Assembly: GCF_009914755.1 (NCBI RefSeq)
Contig: NC_060933.1
Direction: 5' to 3' (one strand)
Length of the DNA stretch: 64,000 nucleotides
From: the human T2T-CHM13v2.0 reference genome, Homo sapiens
Of the stretch, positions 38,801 to 52,300 are shown piece by piece (the stretch's first letter is position 1; each line of letters starts with the position of its first letter). The notes below the pieces were generated by a model. That model made no database searches. It saw only the letters and a program-made list of their open reading frames with translations, and was not told the origin of the DNA. A program made the translations under genes and the position numbers.

Positions 38801-41800
38801 GGTTGAGCCGGCAGCCCTGGTCACGCGGGCAGCTGCTGTGACTGGCTCCCGGCTCTGCCAGCACCTGGTGGTTCTTCCAGCTGTGCCTGTCCTTCAGGGC
38901 CTGTGGGGGGCTCACCTCCACCAGGAGGCCCCTCTGACTGCCCTCTCTTGGCCCCTGCCCCATCTCCCCCGTGGCTGTGTGGGAGGTCGCTGTCAGTGGT
39001 CTTTGTTTCCTCCCCTGGGAAAGGGTGCCTGCAGGATTTGCTGTGGAATTACTGTGGGAACAGGGGGTACTCAGGGGTGTGCCCCTCTGCCCCTGGGGCC
39101 TGGTCGTGCATGTGGCAGGGGGCTCTGGCATCAGGAGAGGGTGGGACAGACCTCAGCTGCATGGAAGGTGGTGTGGGGGCGGGGTGAAAGCTTTACAGGT
39201 CCACCCAGTGCCAGTGGAGGCTGCCTGGGGAGTTTCCTTTCTTGGGTGACGTTTGGTTTTGCCATGGGTCAAATGTTTCAGGGCTGGGACCTCGAGTGGT
39301 GAGCAATGCCTGTCCTCTGGAGAAGAGGGCACAGCTGTCCCAGCAGACACAGGGCAGAGGCCCTCCCCAACCCCCAGCTGGCTCAGGGCTGGGACACTGT
39401 CCCTGGGACCCGGGCTTTGCAAGCCAAGACCTGCCCCTCCTTCCCTTCTCTGCCAGGCTTGAGTTTGTGTTTTTTAGCTGGCTTTGGTGGCCAGGGCCTT
39501 GGGTTGGCCTGTTAACTGGTGTGTTTTCATAGGAATTGGCCATTTGCTGGGCTAGGGATGAGGCTGGGGTCTAGGGCCACAAGGGCCTGGGGGGCTGGCC
39601 TGTGGCTGTTGGGGGCTGGTGTCCATTTGGGGGTCACCTTCCAGACCTTTGTCCTGAGATTCTTAAGCTGATCAGTTTCAGGGTGCTATGGTGTGGGTAG
39701 AGGGGTCACCCTCCTCCCCCCTGCACCTTGCCCACCTGCCTGTATGTTTCCATTTTATAGGGTGCAGCTCTGTCTTTCATCCTTCCTTCCTCTCCTCTGC
39801 CCCCTCCCATTCAGGGCCTTTGTTACCTGCAGGATGGAGGTGGTGGTGGTTTTGCAGGGATCAGCACCTTCCCAGGAAGAGGTTCTGACAGGTGGTGTCC
39901 CATTGCTGGGCGGGTGGTCAGGCCACCTGGGGTTGGGCCTTCTGTCCTCGCTGCCTGCCTGGTCTGCTCTTTGGCCTCTTGGGGCTTTGGCTGTCCATCT
40001 GAAAAATGGACATACTCATTGGCTCTTCCAAATGCTGGAGAAGGCAGCCTGGTGTGTTGTAGGCTGGCTGGGAGTTTGGGGAGTCTGTTTGTGGGGCGTT
40101 TCCCCTATCCTGTGGCTAGGTCCTCTCTGTGCCTCCTGCCTGGGTCAGGTGGGGCCAGGTTTCCAGCACTGGACCAGAACAGGCCATGATGGTCGCTGGG
40201 GGCTGTCAGGTGTAGAGGAACAGACTCAGGAATAGAGGACATCGGGGACACTGAGGTAGCCCTTTCTGTGGATATAGGCCTGCCACAGGAGAGCGCTCGC
40301 TGCTGCTGGGTCCTTGGGACCAGCCCCTGTGCCACTCCAGGGACCCTCCTCAGAGTCCCAAGAAGGCAGGTGGGGCGAGGGACCGCGGTTTGCACACCCA
40401 CCCGAGCCTGGTGCGAGATGTTCTGAGCAGTTGTGCCCCAGCGCCTCACAGACAGGGAAATTGCGCCCTAGAGTTACAAAGCAATTGTCTAGCTCAGCAG
40501 CTGAATGAGCGTGAAATGGAGCAGAAAGCAGCTAAGGAAAATTGGCCCGGCCGCTGTGGGGAGAGCGGGTGCGGACCGCGTGCAGGGCTTGGGTGTGTGC
40601 ACGCTCACTGTTGCACACACACAGAGTCACAGGCTCTCACCTGGCGCTGTTGGCCGCTGGCCCGTGTCCTGGCGTGCCCGTGAGTGAGCCAGGCCTCATG
40701 GGGTCCCCCAAGGATCATGGTGCTCCCTGCTGGGTTTGTTGGCCTCCTTTTTTTCTAAATCTCCCCAACTTGTCCAGGACTCACCCTACCCCCACGAAGG
40801 TGCCGATGGCTGCAGCGGGTGCCTGCTGCGTGCCAGGGACTTTATTTTTGGGACCTTGTGGAGGTGTCACAGAGACAAGCCCACTTAGTGGATGGGGACA
40901 CTGAACCCTGGGTGAGGTCTGTGGGCCAGCCTTTGTGTCCCGCTGTGGGGCCTGCTTTTTCTCCGGCACTTGACTGGCGGGGGCCGCCTTGAGCTCCAGC
41001 TGGGAGGACCTGTCCCCAGGGTGGGGGCTCTGCTGCCCCTGGTCCTCCTGCCTCTCAGCATCCTCAGAGGCTGCTCACCGACCAGGCTGGGTCTATGCCC
41101 CATGCTGGTTCCCAGGAGCCCCATTGCTGGTCTTGGCCCGAGTGAGTGAGGTTTTTGTTCAGTGGGGACCCTGGTGGAGGGCTGAGGTCTCACCATGCCA
41201 GCTCTGTGCCCTGGGACTGGGCATCTTGGCCTCTTGTGCTGGTTGAAGGCCCTCTAAGGAGTGGCGACCCCTTGATCCTCACTCCAGGGTTGTCCTTGGC
41301 TTGGGGTGGTGGCTAGGAGAAGTCCCCACTCCCAGGTGGAAAGCTGTAGTTGGGTGAGCAGCAGAGGCCCAGCCTGGAACTGTGGCTTGCCCACCTCCTC
41401 ATGCCACCAGGGCAGCACTGTCTGCAGCAAATTCCTGAGGTACCTGGGGGAGTGGACGGAGTGAGATTGGACCCCCGGGTCCCAGGGCAGGGCAGGGTAG
41501 GGGCACAGTTCTTTCTGAGGTCCTAACCCAGCACACGCGGCCCACCCCATGCATGCAGGCGTCCGCCGCAGCCTTCCCAGGGTGACCTGGCAGAGCCTTG
41601 ACAACCCTGGCTGGGGAGGCGGGGATTGCTGGTGGGCTTGTCCACACGTGGCTTAGGGAGCGCCCGCTGGGTGCTGGCCTGGTCCTGCTGCCTGTGGAGG
41701 AGGGGTGGGGGAGGGGTGCCCAGAGGTAGGGACAGCAAGGTCTGGCCTGGAGGGGGTGAAGAGGGTGAGGACGCAAGGGTGGGGTTGCAGGGCTGGAACC

Positions 41801-44489
41801 AGGAGGGGGTTCACGTGTGAGGTGAGGCTGGGTAGGGCCTGTGTGCCGGGCGTAGGTGCATGGGTGCCCGGAGACTGGGGGATCCCAGTGTGGTGCTCAT
41901 GGCTGGAATGAGGCCACCAGTGCTGTGCAGAGGGTGGTCTGGAGGCAGCCAGGCAAGGCCTGGAAGGAGGAAGTGACTCTCTCCAGGTGGCTCACTGGTT
42001 TCAGGTGGGCCTTGGGGCCCCTGTGAATGGCCTTGCACCCTTGCCCTGGCTGGGCTCCTCAGCATGGCAGCCTGGGAAGGGGGGAGGATTCCTAGCATCT
42101 TCCTGGGGGCTTAGGCCAGGTCCCTGGGCTGGCCTGGGGGTCGTCTTTCCCGGGCACGGGTATGGGTGAGGCACCTTTTCCCTGGCCCTGGCTCCGGCCC
42201 CCCCTGCACTCCCCAGGCTCTGGATGAAGTAGGGGGCAGGCCGTCCAGGGGGAGTAGAGCAGCCGGGCCTCTTGGGGCCGGATCAGGGATGCTGAGACCA
42301 TGGAGGGGACCAGACTTTGGGGCTGGGGAGTGGGACATTCAGGGGTCCTTCAGGGGATCAGAGCCTCTCAGGGTCTCTGTGTGAGAAGTTGCCACGGGGT
42401 CTGTCCTGCACAGCCCACATCTGTCTTTGATGATAGGCTTCAGCCCCAGCTCCTCTTCCAGGCACTGCCTGCTGGGGTGAGGGATGCCGGGAAGCCCTTG
42501 GTCACAGTCCTACCTCTGGGGTGACCCAGAGGCCGTGCCTGGCCTCCCCGCACCTCTGTTGGCCCTCTAAGCCATAGTAATTTCCAGCTGGGCCTCGGTT
42601 TCCCCAGCTGTACCCGGGGCCAGGGCTGGGGGTGATGGGTGTCGGCGCAGACTGCTGCCGTGCGTGCGGGGTCTGGAGCCTCTGGCGCTGAGGGGAGGGG
42701 AGAGTGAGTTGGGCCTGGGCCAGGCCGTGTGTAAATCCTCCAGCCGCCATGGATAAACCCTCGGAGTTCAAAGACAACCCCGGGTGCGGCCGCCGGCTGT
42801 AATGAGGTTACTGATTCAACAGGCTTCCTGGTGCTGCAGCCCAGAATGCAGTGAGGCTGGGAAGCCCCGGGGAGGGATCTAAGTATCCTGTAATTGACCA
42901 ATTTAGCTTAAGTGTCCACACTGGCCCTGGGCAGAGGTCAGGCAGTGACAGCACAGGTGGCTGGAGTCGCTGGGGTGGGCTCCCAACAGCTGCTGTGTCC
43001 GAGCCCCTCTGAATCGGGCGCTCTCGGGCCTGGGCAGCCCTGTGCCTCTGCCGGGACTCCCGCTGCCTGCTCTTCCCTCTCCACCTGTGCAGGCTCAGCC
43101 TTCCTTCCCAGCCAGAGCCCACCTGCCATCCTTGGTGCCCAGCAGCCCCCTTGGTACAGGGCTTGGGGTGGGGCTGCAGCTTTGGACTTGGTGCCCAGAG
43201 CCTGCATTCAGCTCCCGCTGGCAAGCCTGCTGGGTCTGTGCCTGACTATTGCCCAGTTTCCTCCCGCCTGAGGGCCGTGGAGTGATCCCACGCCTGTGTT
43301 AGGTGTTGAGGCCGCTGCTGGTGGAGGTGCCTGGCGGATGGGAGCTCTCCACGTGCCAGCCACCCATCCAGCCTCTTTTTTCCCAGGCTTCCTGAGGGCA
43401 GGGCCCTTCTGAGGCGAGGGCATCCTTGCAGCACCCAGTACAGGTATGCAGGAAGGACTCGCTTGACTTAGAGAGTGGGATCAGAAGCACCTCTCCTGCC
43501 TGTCAGCAGTGGCTTCAGTGCCTGTGCTTGGGGAGGATGTATCTGGTACCTTGGAGAGAGGCTGGCAGGCCGCATCCAGCTCCTGGTTTCCTGTCAACCC
43601 AGGCCTGGTGTGCAGAGGGCCACCAAGGTGACAGTTTGCTCCTCAGAAATAGGACTGGGCATTGGGCAGCAGTGTCATTGACTGCCGCAGTGATAGCATG
43701 GGCTGTGGCGGTGGCAGTGTGTGCTGAGCCGTCCCTCGAACTCAGCTCTCTACATGGTGGGGCTGCTCTCTGACCAGGCTGCTGTGTAGCCCTGGGCAGG
43801 TCCCTTCCCCTCTGTGGGCTTCAGTTTCCCTGGGGCCCTCTGGCTGTCAAAGCCTCTGCCTTGCCTTCTTGGCACCCTGGCTTTGTTCTGATATGCTGTT
43901 GGCCATTGGTCAGGGTGGCACCCTGGGGACCAGCTCCCTGGGAAATGGCTCTATGCCCTCCCCAGCTGAGGGGACAGGACTTGGGCTGGGGTAGGGCCTG
44001 GGTTGCTGGCGTCCAGGAAGCCGTGGGCTCTGAGCTAGCCAGGGTGGGTGTGGGTCTGGATGTGGACTGGGCATGTTGTGGTGAAGCGCTTTCGGGATGT
44101 GCAGCTTATAATGGGGAAGAGGTGGCCTGGGGGCATGGCAGAGCAGAGGCAGTAGGGGCCACAGATGAGTGGGGTCAGTCCCCATGACGGTTATCACTCA
44201 AGGCCAGGCTAGTCCTTCTCTCTTTGGGCACTGACCTTCCTTGCCTGGAACCTTCCATGGCACCCCATTGTCCCCAGGATGGAGGCCAGGCCTCCACCTA
44301 GTGTCATGTGGCTCTGTAGCCTCTCCCACCTCATTAGGCACCTCTCACTGATTTTCTCATGTCTAAAACTAACTGGTGAGGTAGGCTGCCCCATGCGATG
44401 AGTGAGCGCCCCTCTGAGTCACAGGCTGTATGGCCCTGGGCTAGCAAATTCACCTCACTAGGCCTCAGTTGTCTCACCCATAAACTGCC

Positions 44490-44640
44490 TGGGGGAGGTC
44501 AGGGAAGCTTCACAGAGGAGGTGATGTAGTTGGGTTTTGAGGGATGAGTAGGAGTTTGTTGGGTGGGAAGTGGGGAAGGAATCAAGGCAGAGAGAATGGA
44601 TGGATTCTTTCCAGGGGGATCTGGTTCTAGCCAAGGGTAT
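44490..44640 (-). mobile_element. L2 fragment
   Basis: GGTCAGGGAAGCTTCACAGAGGAGGTGA...GGATGAGTAGGAGTT. Similar L2 pieces occur at ~30090-30155 and ~56800-56930. Confidence 0.6.
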
Positions 44641-47600
44641 GGGGAAGGGATGCCCGTGCGGGCGTAAGTAGGGGCTTCCCTGGAGGGTTTCTGAGGGTCT
44701 GACTGTGTGACCAGGCTCCTCTGGCCTGCCCCTTGCTGGCTGGCTTCCAGGTCTGTGCTGGTGGGGACCCCTGTGAGCATGAGGCTATGGTCAGCTGGCC
44801 TGGGAATAATTAACCCTGGGAGGAGCTCAGGCTAGGGGTGGGCCTCGCTGCAGCCTGGCCGCCCCCAGCTGGCCTGATGTCCCCTCTCCTTCCTGCCCAG
44901 GTCTGGAGTGTGACTCCTACCGGCGCCCATGTGCGGTACCCCACCTCGGGGCCCTGGCTCCCAGGGTGTGTCCACTACTGGGAGGAACGGCTGGGGCCCT
45001 TCCCTACCACCTATTCCTATACCCCTTGGTCTGTCCCTGTAGTGCCCTGTGGTCCTGCCTTGGTCCCTGCCTCTCCCTGTGGGCAGCTTAGGCGCCATTT
45101 GCCCGGGAGCCCCCTGTGTGAGTGCAAGGCTATTGGATGGCTTCTCGCCCTCTCCCCACCCGGAGGGAGGAAAACAGCTCTGACCGTGAGCAGAGTCCAC
45201 GGGAGGCGGTGGAGCTGCCCCTACCCCACCCCTTCATGGACTTTCTGCCCAGGATCAAGGTCGAGGTGTAGGGCAGGGAGGCGGGGCCTTCGTCAGGGGT
45301 GCCAGGTCACTCTGGGCACAGACAGTGGCAAGGCGGGCCTGGCAGGCAGCACCACCGCACCATCCCGGGCCCAGTGGAGGGGTGAGGACTGGAAGGGCAG
45401 TGGGGCCTTCCTCTTCCCTCCCCTCAGTCTCCTGGGCACAAGGTCAGAGCCATCCACCCCTCTGTCCTGTGTGACCCACCTTCTCCTGAGGCTGGGATCA
45501 CAGGGGGCGTCACCCCTTAGCGGCAACGTAGAGCTGGTCTCCAGGCCCCTGCAGACAGTGGGCCTGGGCAATGGCATGCTCACAGCCCGGGTCTTCTCTG
45601 CCACATGGACTTTGTGACTTGGAGCACGTTCCTTCTTCCCTCTTCGTCTTGATTTCCTCATTTGGAAAATAGAAGGAAGGATGCCAGGCAGAGTCCACGG
45701 CTGGAAGTGTGCCGCTGTGCCCCTGTGGCCGGCCGGAGCCTTGGTGGATGTCGCTGAATGGGCCCTGCTCCTCTTCCCGTGGGGCCCTCAGACCTCAGAG
45801 TCTTTTTCAAGACAGGGCTGGCTCCAGGCACCCCCTCTCATGGCTCGGAGCTGGCTCTGGATCTTTGTGGCTGCGGAGCCCACAGTGCCAGGTGCCATAT
45901 AAGCCTCATGAAGTTTGTGGCACGAATTCATGTGGTCAGCCAACTGATCCCCTCCGCCCCTCAGGTTCAGAAATGTGACGGGTGAGCCCGTTCCTTGCAA
46001 AGTTGATTTCTCAAATCGTGACCATGACTTGAATCCCCCTCGTTCTGGAGGCCGGTCCAGTTTCCAGGGAAGGGAAGTCCTGTGTGTCTAGCTCGGTGTC
46101 GGTTTCTGGGAGTGGGAGTAGATGGAGGGTCTGGGACTGTCCTCGAGGACTCTGTGGGCCAGCTGGAATCCCTGGGGGCCCTGGGTGGGAGCTGAGGCTG
46201 AGGCTTAAGGCTGGGGGGTGCCCCTGCCTGTGGAGAGGCCCCAGCAGTGCTCAGCGTGTTGGAGATGTGGCTGCCACCGGCTGCTGGACAGAGCCTGGGA
46301 GTCCTTGAACTCAGATTCCCAGATCGAGAGAGGGAGGGGTGCTCAGCCCCAGTGCCTGCCCTTGTTGGGGACCTGGGTCCTTCCTTTGCTGGTAAGCATG
46401 TCTTGTTGAAACTTGTAGCAGTGTGGGGGGTCAAGGCCAGCCACGAGGGAAGTAAGCGCCTCCCACCTGCCTGCTGTCTGTCCGTCCGCTCATCTGTCTG
46501 TCCGTCCGTCCATCCACATCCATCAGGCTCCTCCTGGCCACTAGGAAGGCCCAGTAGAGCCAGGCTTAGCCCTCAAGCGGGCAGTAGTGGTCTCTGGGGT
46601 CAGATGGCCTGGGATGGACCCCAGTGCTGCCACTTGATGGGATATGACCTTGGACCAGATGTTTTAACCCTCTTTGGGCCTTAGTTCTCTTACCTGTAAG
46701 GTATCCCTGACCCCAGTCTGGGGTGGAGATGGTGTGTGAGCGTGGTGGTGGGAGGAGGTACTGGAGACAGAAGGGACACGGAGGAGGCATTAGCGGCTCA
46801 CCCTGGCATGCAGAGAGTTGGGGCTTTTGAATTGGGTCATGAAGGATGCGTAGGAGTTGGCCTGGGAAAAGCCAATGTCTCGTCCTCACACCTGTGTCTT
46901 CACTTTGCGTCGTCGAAGGTTTCCAGGGCAGAGCTCGCTGACTCTGCCTTCCCTTGCATCAGACAGCAGTGCGCCTCCCTCTGGGGGGTCGCCCAGAGAC
47001 TCTTGGATGTCCTCGGAGCAGACGTAGAATGCAAAACTTGAACCTCTCCAAAAAGAAACGAGACAGGCGGGTTTCGTTCAGTTCAGGTGGCCGCGTGCCA
47101 GCCCTGAGAGGTGGCGGGGGAGAGATGGGTGACTGCGCCCCCAGTGCTCACGGAGGGCCCCTCTGTCCAGAGCCGCTCTGAGGATGCGACAGGCAGGTCC
47201 TTGCCCTCGTGGGCTGCCAGGCCAGCGGGGGAGATGGGCGGTCAGCGGCAGCCACAGACGACGTAGGGCTCAGGAAGGGCATGGAGGGAAACGCTGGGCA
47301 GTGACCACAGGGAGGGACAGAGGTGTCAGGAGCCCTGACAGAAGACAAGCATGTGGTTCTGCTGCACTGTCCCGGGGCCTCCCTGGGCCTCCCTCTGGCT
47401 GGTAGCACGGGCAGGTGTGTGGGGCACGGCCATCGCCAGGCATTCGACCCCTGCTGGCTCATTCTTGGCTCCCTGTGGCTGCCGTGGGACATGGTTTCTA
47501 AAGAACAAATGCCAGCTGTGGCGCTGAAAGGGCCTCCTCATGTCAGGGTGCCCCTGGCTGCAGGACACAGGCCACTTCTGGTCCCAGATTGACGGGCCTC

Positions 47601-48479
47601 CAGCCCAAGTGGCACCTGGGTCCCTCTGACCTGGGCTGGCATCCCCCAGGCCATGGGGTCACAGGGGAGGTCACTGCCACTCTTGCTGGCTGGGAGAGGC
47701 GTGTCCCCACGTGCGTCTGGCCGCAGTCAGTGGCCAGGACCTGCCTGCGTGTGGACAGTTAGGCCTCCTGCCTAGGAAGCAGTGATGCTTGCCGGCTGCT
47801 GGTGGGGGCAGGGGAGGGGCTGGCTGCCGGATCCCACGCAGCCTGGACGTGGCTGATAAGCTGTGAACTCATTATCGGAGGGGGCAGCTGGTGCCCCTCT
47901 CCCTGCAGCCGGCACCCCAGCCTTGCCCTGGGGCCAGACCCCTGCACTGTGCCCAGCCTTGCGGGTGAGACTGGGGGAGCGAGCAGGCCTCTGTTGGGAC
48001 TTGGGAGTCTCCAGGGTCCCCCAGAGCCCAGAGATCCTCCCTCCAGGACTCTGGAGACAGCCGCCGTTCTGCCCTCCCTGCTGACCCCTCTGCCCTCCCT
48101 CAGGTCTGCCTGGCCGCCTTTCTGAGAACAAGGAGCCGATTGTTGTCACCACTGCTGTCTGCCTCCTGCTGTGGATGCCTTGCTTGGCGCTGGCAGTGCC
48201 CACACCGGCAGGGACCTGGGGACTTGGAGCCGGACCTAGGTCGCCGGCCGTGTGCCTGGTGTCGGGGCAGGGCTGGTGGTCACCCCCCCTGGGGTTGGCC
48301 CCGTGGGCTCAGGGCCCTGCCTCCCTGTGCCCTGTCCGTAGGGACCCTCTCATGCCCTCTGGCCAGCCTGGAGAGCTCTTGGCAGAAAGGCCAGGACTGA
48401 GGTGGCTGGCATGGCGCCTCCCGCGCTGTTCCTCCCTCCCTGCCTGGCCTTCAGGGGCGCGTCGTCCTCCCCAGACCCT

Positions 48480-49335
48480 CCTCTGTCTGCGTGTGAGCCC
48501 GTGAGCCTGTGTGGGCTTATGTGTGTGGCTGGGATTCCAGCCAGGGTTTGTGCGCGTGAGCCTCTGTCTGCGTGTGAGCCCGTGAGCCTGTGTGTGAGAG
48601 TGTGTGGGTGCCATGCCTGTGTGAGTGTGTGCCTGTGTGTGAGCCTGTGTGTGGGTGTGCATGCCCACGCCCTTGTGTGAGTGTGTGTGAGTCTGTGTGT
48701 GTGTGTGTGTGAGCCCGTGTGTGTGTGAGTCTCTGCATACCCATGGCCTTTTGTGAGCCTGTGTGTGTGAGCCTGTGCGTGTGTTTCTGTGTGAGTCTCT
48801 GTGTGTGTGAGCCTGTGCGTGTGTCTGTGTGTGTGCCTGTGTGTGTGTGAGCCTGTGTGTGTGTGTGTCTCTGTGTGTGTGCCTGTGTGTGTTTGAGCCT
48901 GTGTGTGTGTGTCTATGTGTGAGATCCCGTGTGTGTCTGTGCACACCCATGCCCTTGTGTGAGCCTGTGTGTATGAGTCTGTGTGTAAGCCTCTGTGTGT
49001 GTGTGTGTGTGAGTCTGTGTGTGTGTGAGCCCATGTGTGTGTGTCTGTGAACATCCATGCCCTTGTGTGAGCCTGTGTGTGTCTGTGTGTGAACCTGTGT
49101 GTATGTGAGTGTGCACGCCTGTGCTCTTGTGTGAGCCTGTCTGTGTGCACCCGTGCATGTGTGTTCCTCTGTGCACATCTGTGTCCATGTCTGAGCCTGT
49201 ATCTGTGTGCACCCATGTCTGTGTCCCTCTGTCCCTGTCCCTGTGTGAGTGTGTATCCGTGTGCACTTGTGTCCTCGTGTCTCCCTGTGCCCGTGCTGTG
49301 TCGGCATGTGTGCCTGTGTGTGCTTCTGTGTGTCT
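48480..49335. repeat. TG-rich degenerate tandem repeat (GAGCCTGTGTGTGT...)
   Basis: Directly visible, ~850 bp. Confidence 0.93.
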
Positions 49336-52300
49336 TGTGCCCCACACCTTCTGATGGCTTGTGCCTGCGGGTCCAGGTTTGAGACTGGCCACTGCCCGTG
49401 CTGTCCGGCTCCCTCCTTAGCTAAGGGTCCTGAGGGCTCGGGGTCCAGGACAGGAGAATGAGAAGCTGTAGGGGGCTGTGGAGGGCTGCAGGCAGATATA
49501 TGTTCTAGAAAGACTTTGGCCATCGTGGGGATGGTGGTTTGGGGCAGACCAGTGATGCCACCCACTGACCTTTCAGCCAGTTCCCAGGAAGTGTCACAGG
49601 GGTGATAATTGTCCAGCCAGGAGTGAGGGCCGAGGGGCTTTAGGAAGTGCCAGGGAGCACTCTGAAGCAGTATGTTTTGGTCTAAGTGGGGCTCACGTGG
49701 CACCGGCTCACTGCCTGCCCTCTGGCCTACAGCGTGGCAGGTATCACCGACCACCCGAAGCACTCAGATCCCTTTCTGCAGGCACCCAGGCAGACGGTCT
49801 CGGTGCATGAGCCTCGATGCACGCCTCGGCCCGCAGCTGCCTTCTTGAGCAATGCCAGCAGTGCCTAAGCCACATGCCGTCCAGGCTGAGCAGGTAGATT
49901 GGATGTGTGAGCTGTGGCCCAAGCGGTCCTCCCTGGCCCTCTAGCTGGGGTGTCTCAGCTCCGGGAGCAAGGAGCCTGTCTTCTGCGGAATTCTGCGCCC
50001 TGGGAGAATGAGCTGAGCCAATCCTGAAGCCAGGGTCAGTCACACACGCTTTGGTGCGAATGAGCCTCATGTGAACCCTGGAAAGGCCTCGCAGGAAAGG
50101 AGAGGAAGGAAGGCTTCCTCTAATTGTGTGGATGAGGAAATTGAGGTCTGAGAGCGGCATGGCTGGCAAGCGGGGCGAGCTGACAGCCAGGCTGTCTCCT
50201 GACCCTGGCCTCGTGCCCTCACCTCTTGACGGCCCACCTTGGGGCGGAGTGAGAGCACAGATGGGAGGGTCCTGGTGGGGACAGGGAGAGGTGGGTGGCT
50301 GGAGCTGTGACCGCAGGCCCCGCCGTGGGTGGTGGTACCTGGAGTGTGTGCCCAGCACAGCATGGCACGCTCCCTCGTTCCCTGCACCCCAGTGCTGATG
50401 AGGAGGCCGAGCTACAGATAGGGGCTCAGCTGCTTGCCCAATATCATGTGGCCAGTTAACAGCAGAGTCGGGATTTGAACCCAGATTCTTGGGACTCTTC
50501 TTTGAGCCACTTCCAGCCTGGGGTTCTGGCGTGTGGTTGGAGTCCTGGGGGCTGCTAGGGTGGGGGGACATTCCTCCTCTGGGAGGAACCTGGAGCCGAG
50601 CCCTCCCTGCTGGCTGGGGAGGGGCCTTGCTTCCTACACAAACAACCAGGCCTGGCTGGAGCCATTTTATTTTTATTTCCTATTTTTACTTCCCCGTTGG
50701 CTCTTTTTAGCAACTCTGGGTGAGATAGGCCCCCGCCCTCCAGTCTCCACCCGGCTTCCTGGCCCAGGCCAGGACCTTGGAGGAGGCGTGGGCATGGGTG
50801 GCCCAGGGTTGGGCTGGCTCGCAGCTTGGCCGGCACACACCTGGTGGCAGAGCTCCTCTCTTTCTGGGAGCTCCAGGGCGGCTGGCCTCTTCCCGCCCTC
50901 CATGGGGAGCACCATGGGGCATGCATGGTGGCAGGGGAATGTCTTGGTGTGTGACTGTTTGTTGCCACCCCTCCTCTGGGTCTTGGCCTGAGGTTGGAGT
51001 TTGGGAGGTAGAGGCACTGGGCGGTGTGGTCTTGGAGCTGGGTGCGTGACTGGCAGCGTCACTGCCTGGGGCCTGGCTGGGCAGGGCTGGGCTTGGGTTT
51101 GTTGAGGCTCTGCCCACTACTGGCCTGGCCCCACTTGCTGAGGGTCCGCTGTGCTCCAGGGTCTGTGAAGCCCAACCCTGGGGGTAGGGGCTGTCAGAGC
51201 ATCCGGCTAGCTGGAGCCTGCCTGTGGTGGGTGTTGCTGGCTGGGGGACATGAAGACCCCGAATGAGGAGGCGTCTCCCTGAAGGCGCTCTGCTGGGCCC
51301 GGGGTGGGGGCTCTCGTGCTGGCATTTGGTGGGTAGTGAGTTCTGAACTGTGAGATCAGGCTGGAGAAAGCCCTGGACCCACTGTGGATCCCAGGCCAGA
51401 GTGAGGGCAGGGGCGGGGGTCCGGGTCGAGGACTAGCAAGCCACAGTGCACCAGGTGCCCCGGTACCAGCTTGTGCCAAGCCCATTGCCCTCCCAGAACC
51501 CTGGGGGAGGGAGTTGCCCTCATTTACAGAGGGGGCCTGGGCTCAGAGAGGCTGAGCCGATCTTCAAGGCCACACAGCTTGTGGGCATGGAGGGGCCGAT
51601 CCTTGCCCTTTCCCTGCCAGGAAACTGAGGCACAGAGAGCAGGGGTCCCCCAGGTGGTCAGGCCCCAGAGGCTTGCACTTGGGATGGCGTGCTGTGCGCC
51701 CTCTTCCTGCCATCAGCGGGGGGCAGTGGGTTGGTGCAGGCAGAGTGGTAACAGCAAGCTGTGGGCAAGGGACTGCTTGGGAGCTGCTGTGAGCCCAGGC
51801 AGGTGGTGGGGCTGCGGGGCTGCGGGAGGAGGCCCCTGTGGTTCCCACAGGGCCATGTGTGGTCTCCAGGGCTGAGATGGCTGGTGTGGGCCGCCCTGAC
51901 CTGGTGGGTTTGGGGGAACCTGGCCCCATAGGAGAGTGGACAGCGCCGCGGAGGAGGCTGCCTACCTGCCTTCCTGGCCCTTCCTGCTCTGGCTGGCTCA
52001 GCAGGTTGAGCGCAGGTGGTGGCTGTGGCCCTGCCACCACCACAGTGACCTTCCCTTTGTATGTGAGTGATGTGGGTGGCATGACTGCGGATGCAGGCAC
52101 GTGTGGGTGCTGGGGATTGTCTGGTAATCCTTTGATTAGAGGCCAGGAAACCCAATCCCGCAGCCTAGGCAGTGGGGGGACCTCCTTCTAGAGAGGCCCC
52201 AGCAGATTATGGGATTTTCACCTGCCCAGCCCTGGGAGGTGTCTTGGACCCAGAGCATTTGGCCTTGGGAGGTGGGGAGGGGGTTCCTGCCCTGGAGCCA

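Noticed and set aside
47656-47673. GGGTCA-n6-AGGTCA nuclear receptor repeat
   Set aside because: The DR6 spacing is non-canonical, and chance occurrence is likely in G-rich DNA.
48309-49763. 484-aa His/Thr-rich minus-strand ORF
   Set aside because: It is a translation of the CA-rich repeat.
51938-51947. REST/RE1 right half-site GGACAGCGCC
   Set aside because: The left half TTCAGCACC is absent at the appropriate spacing.
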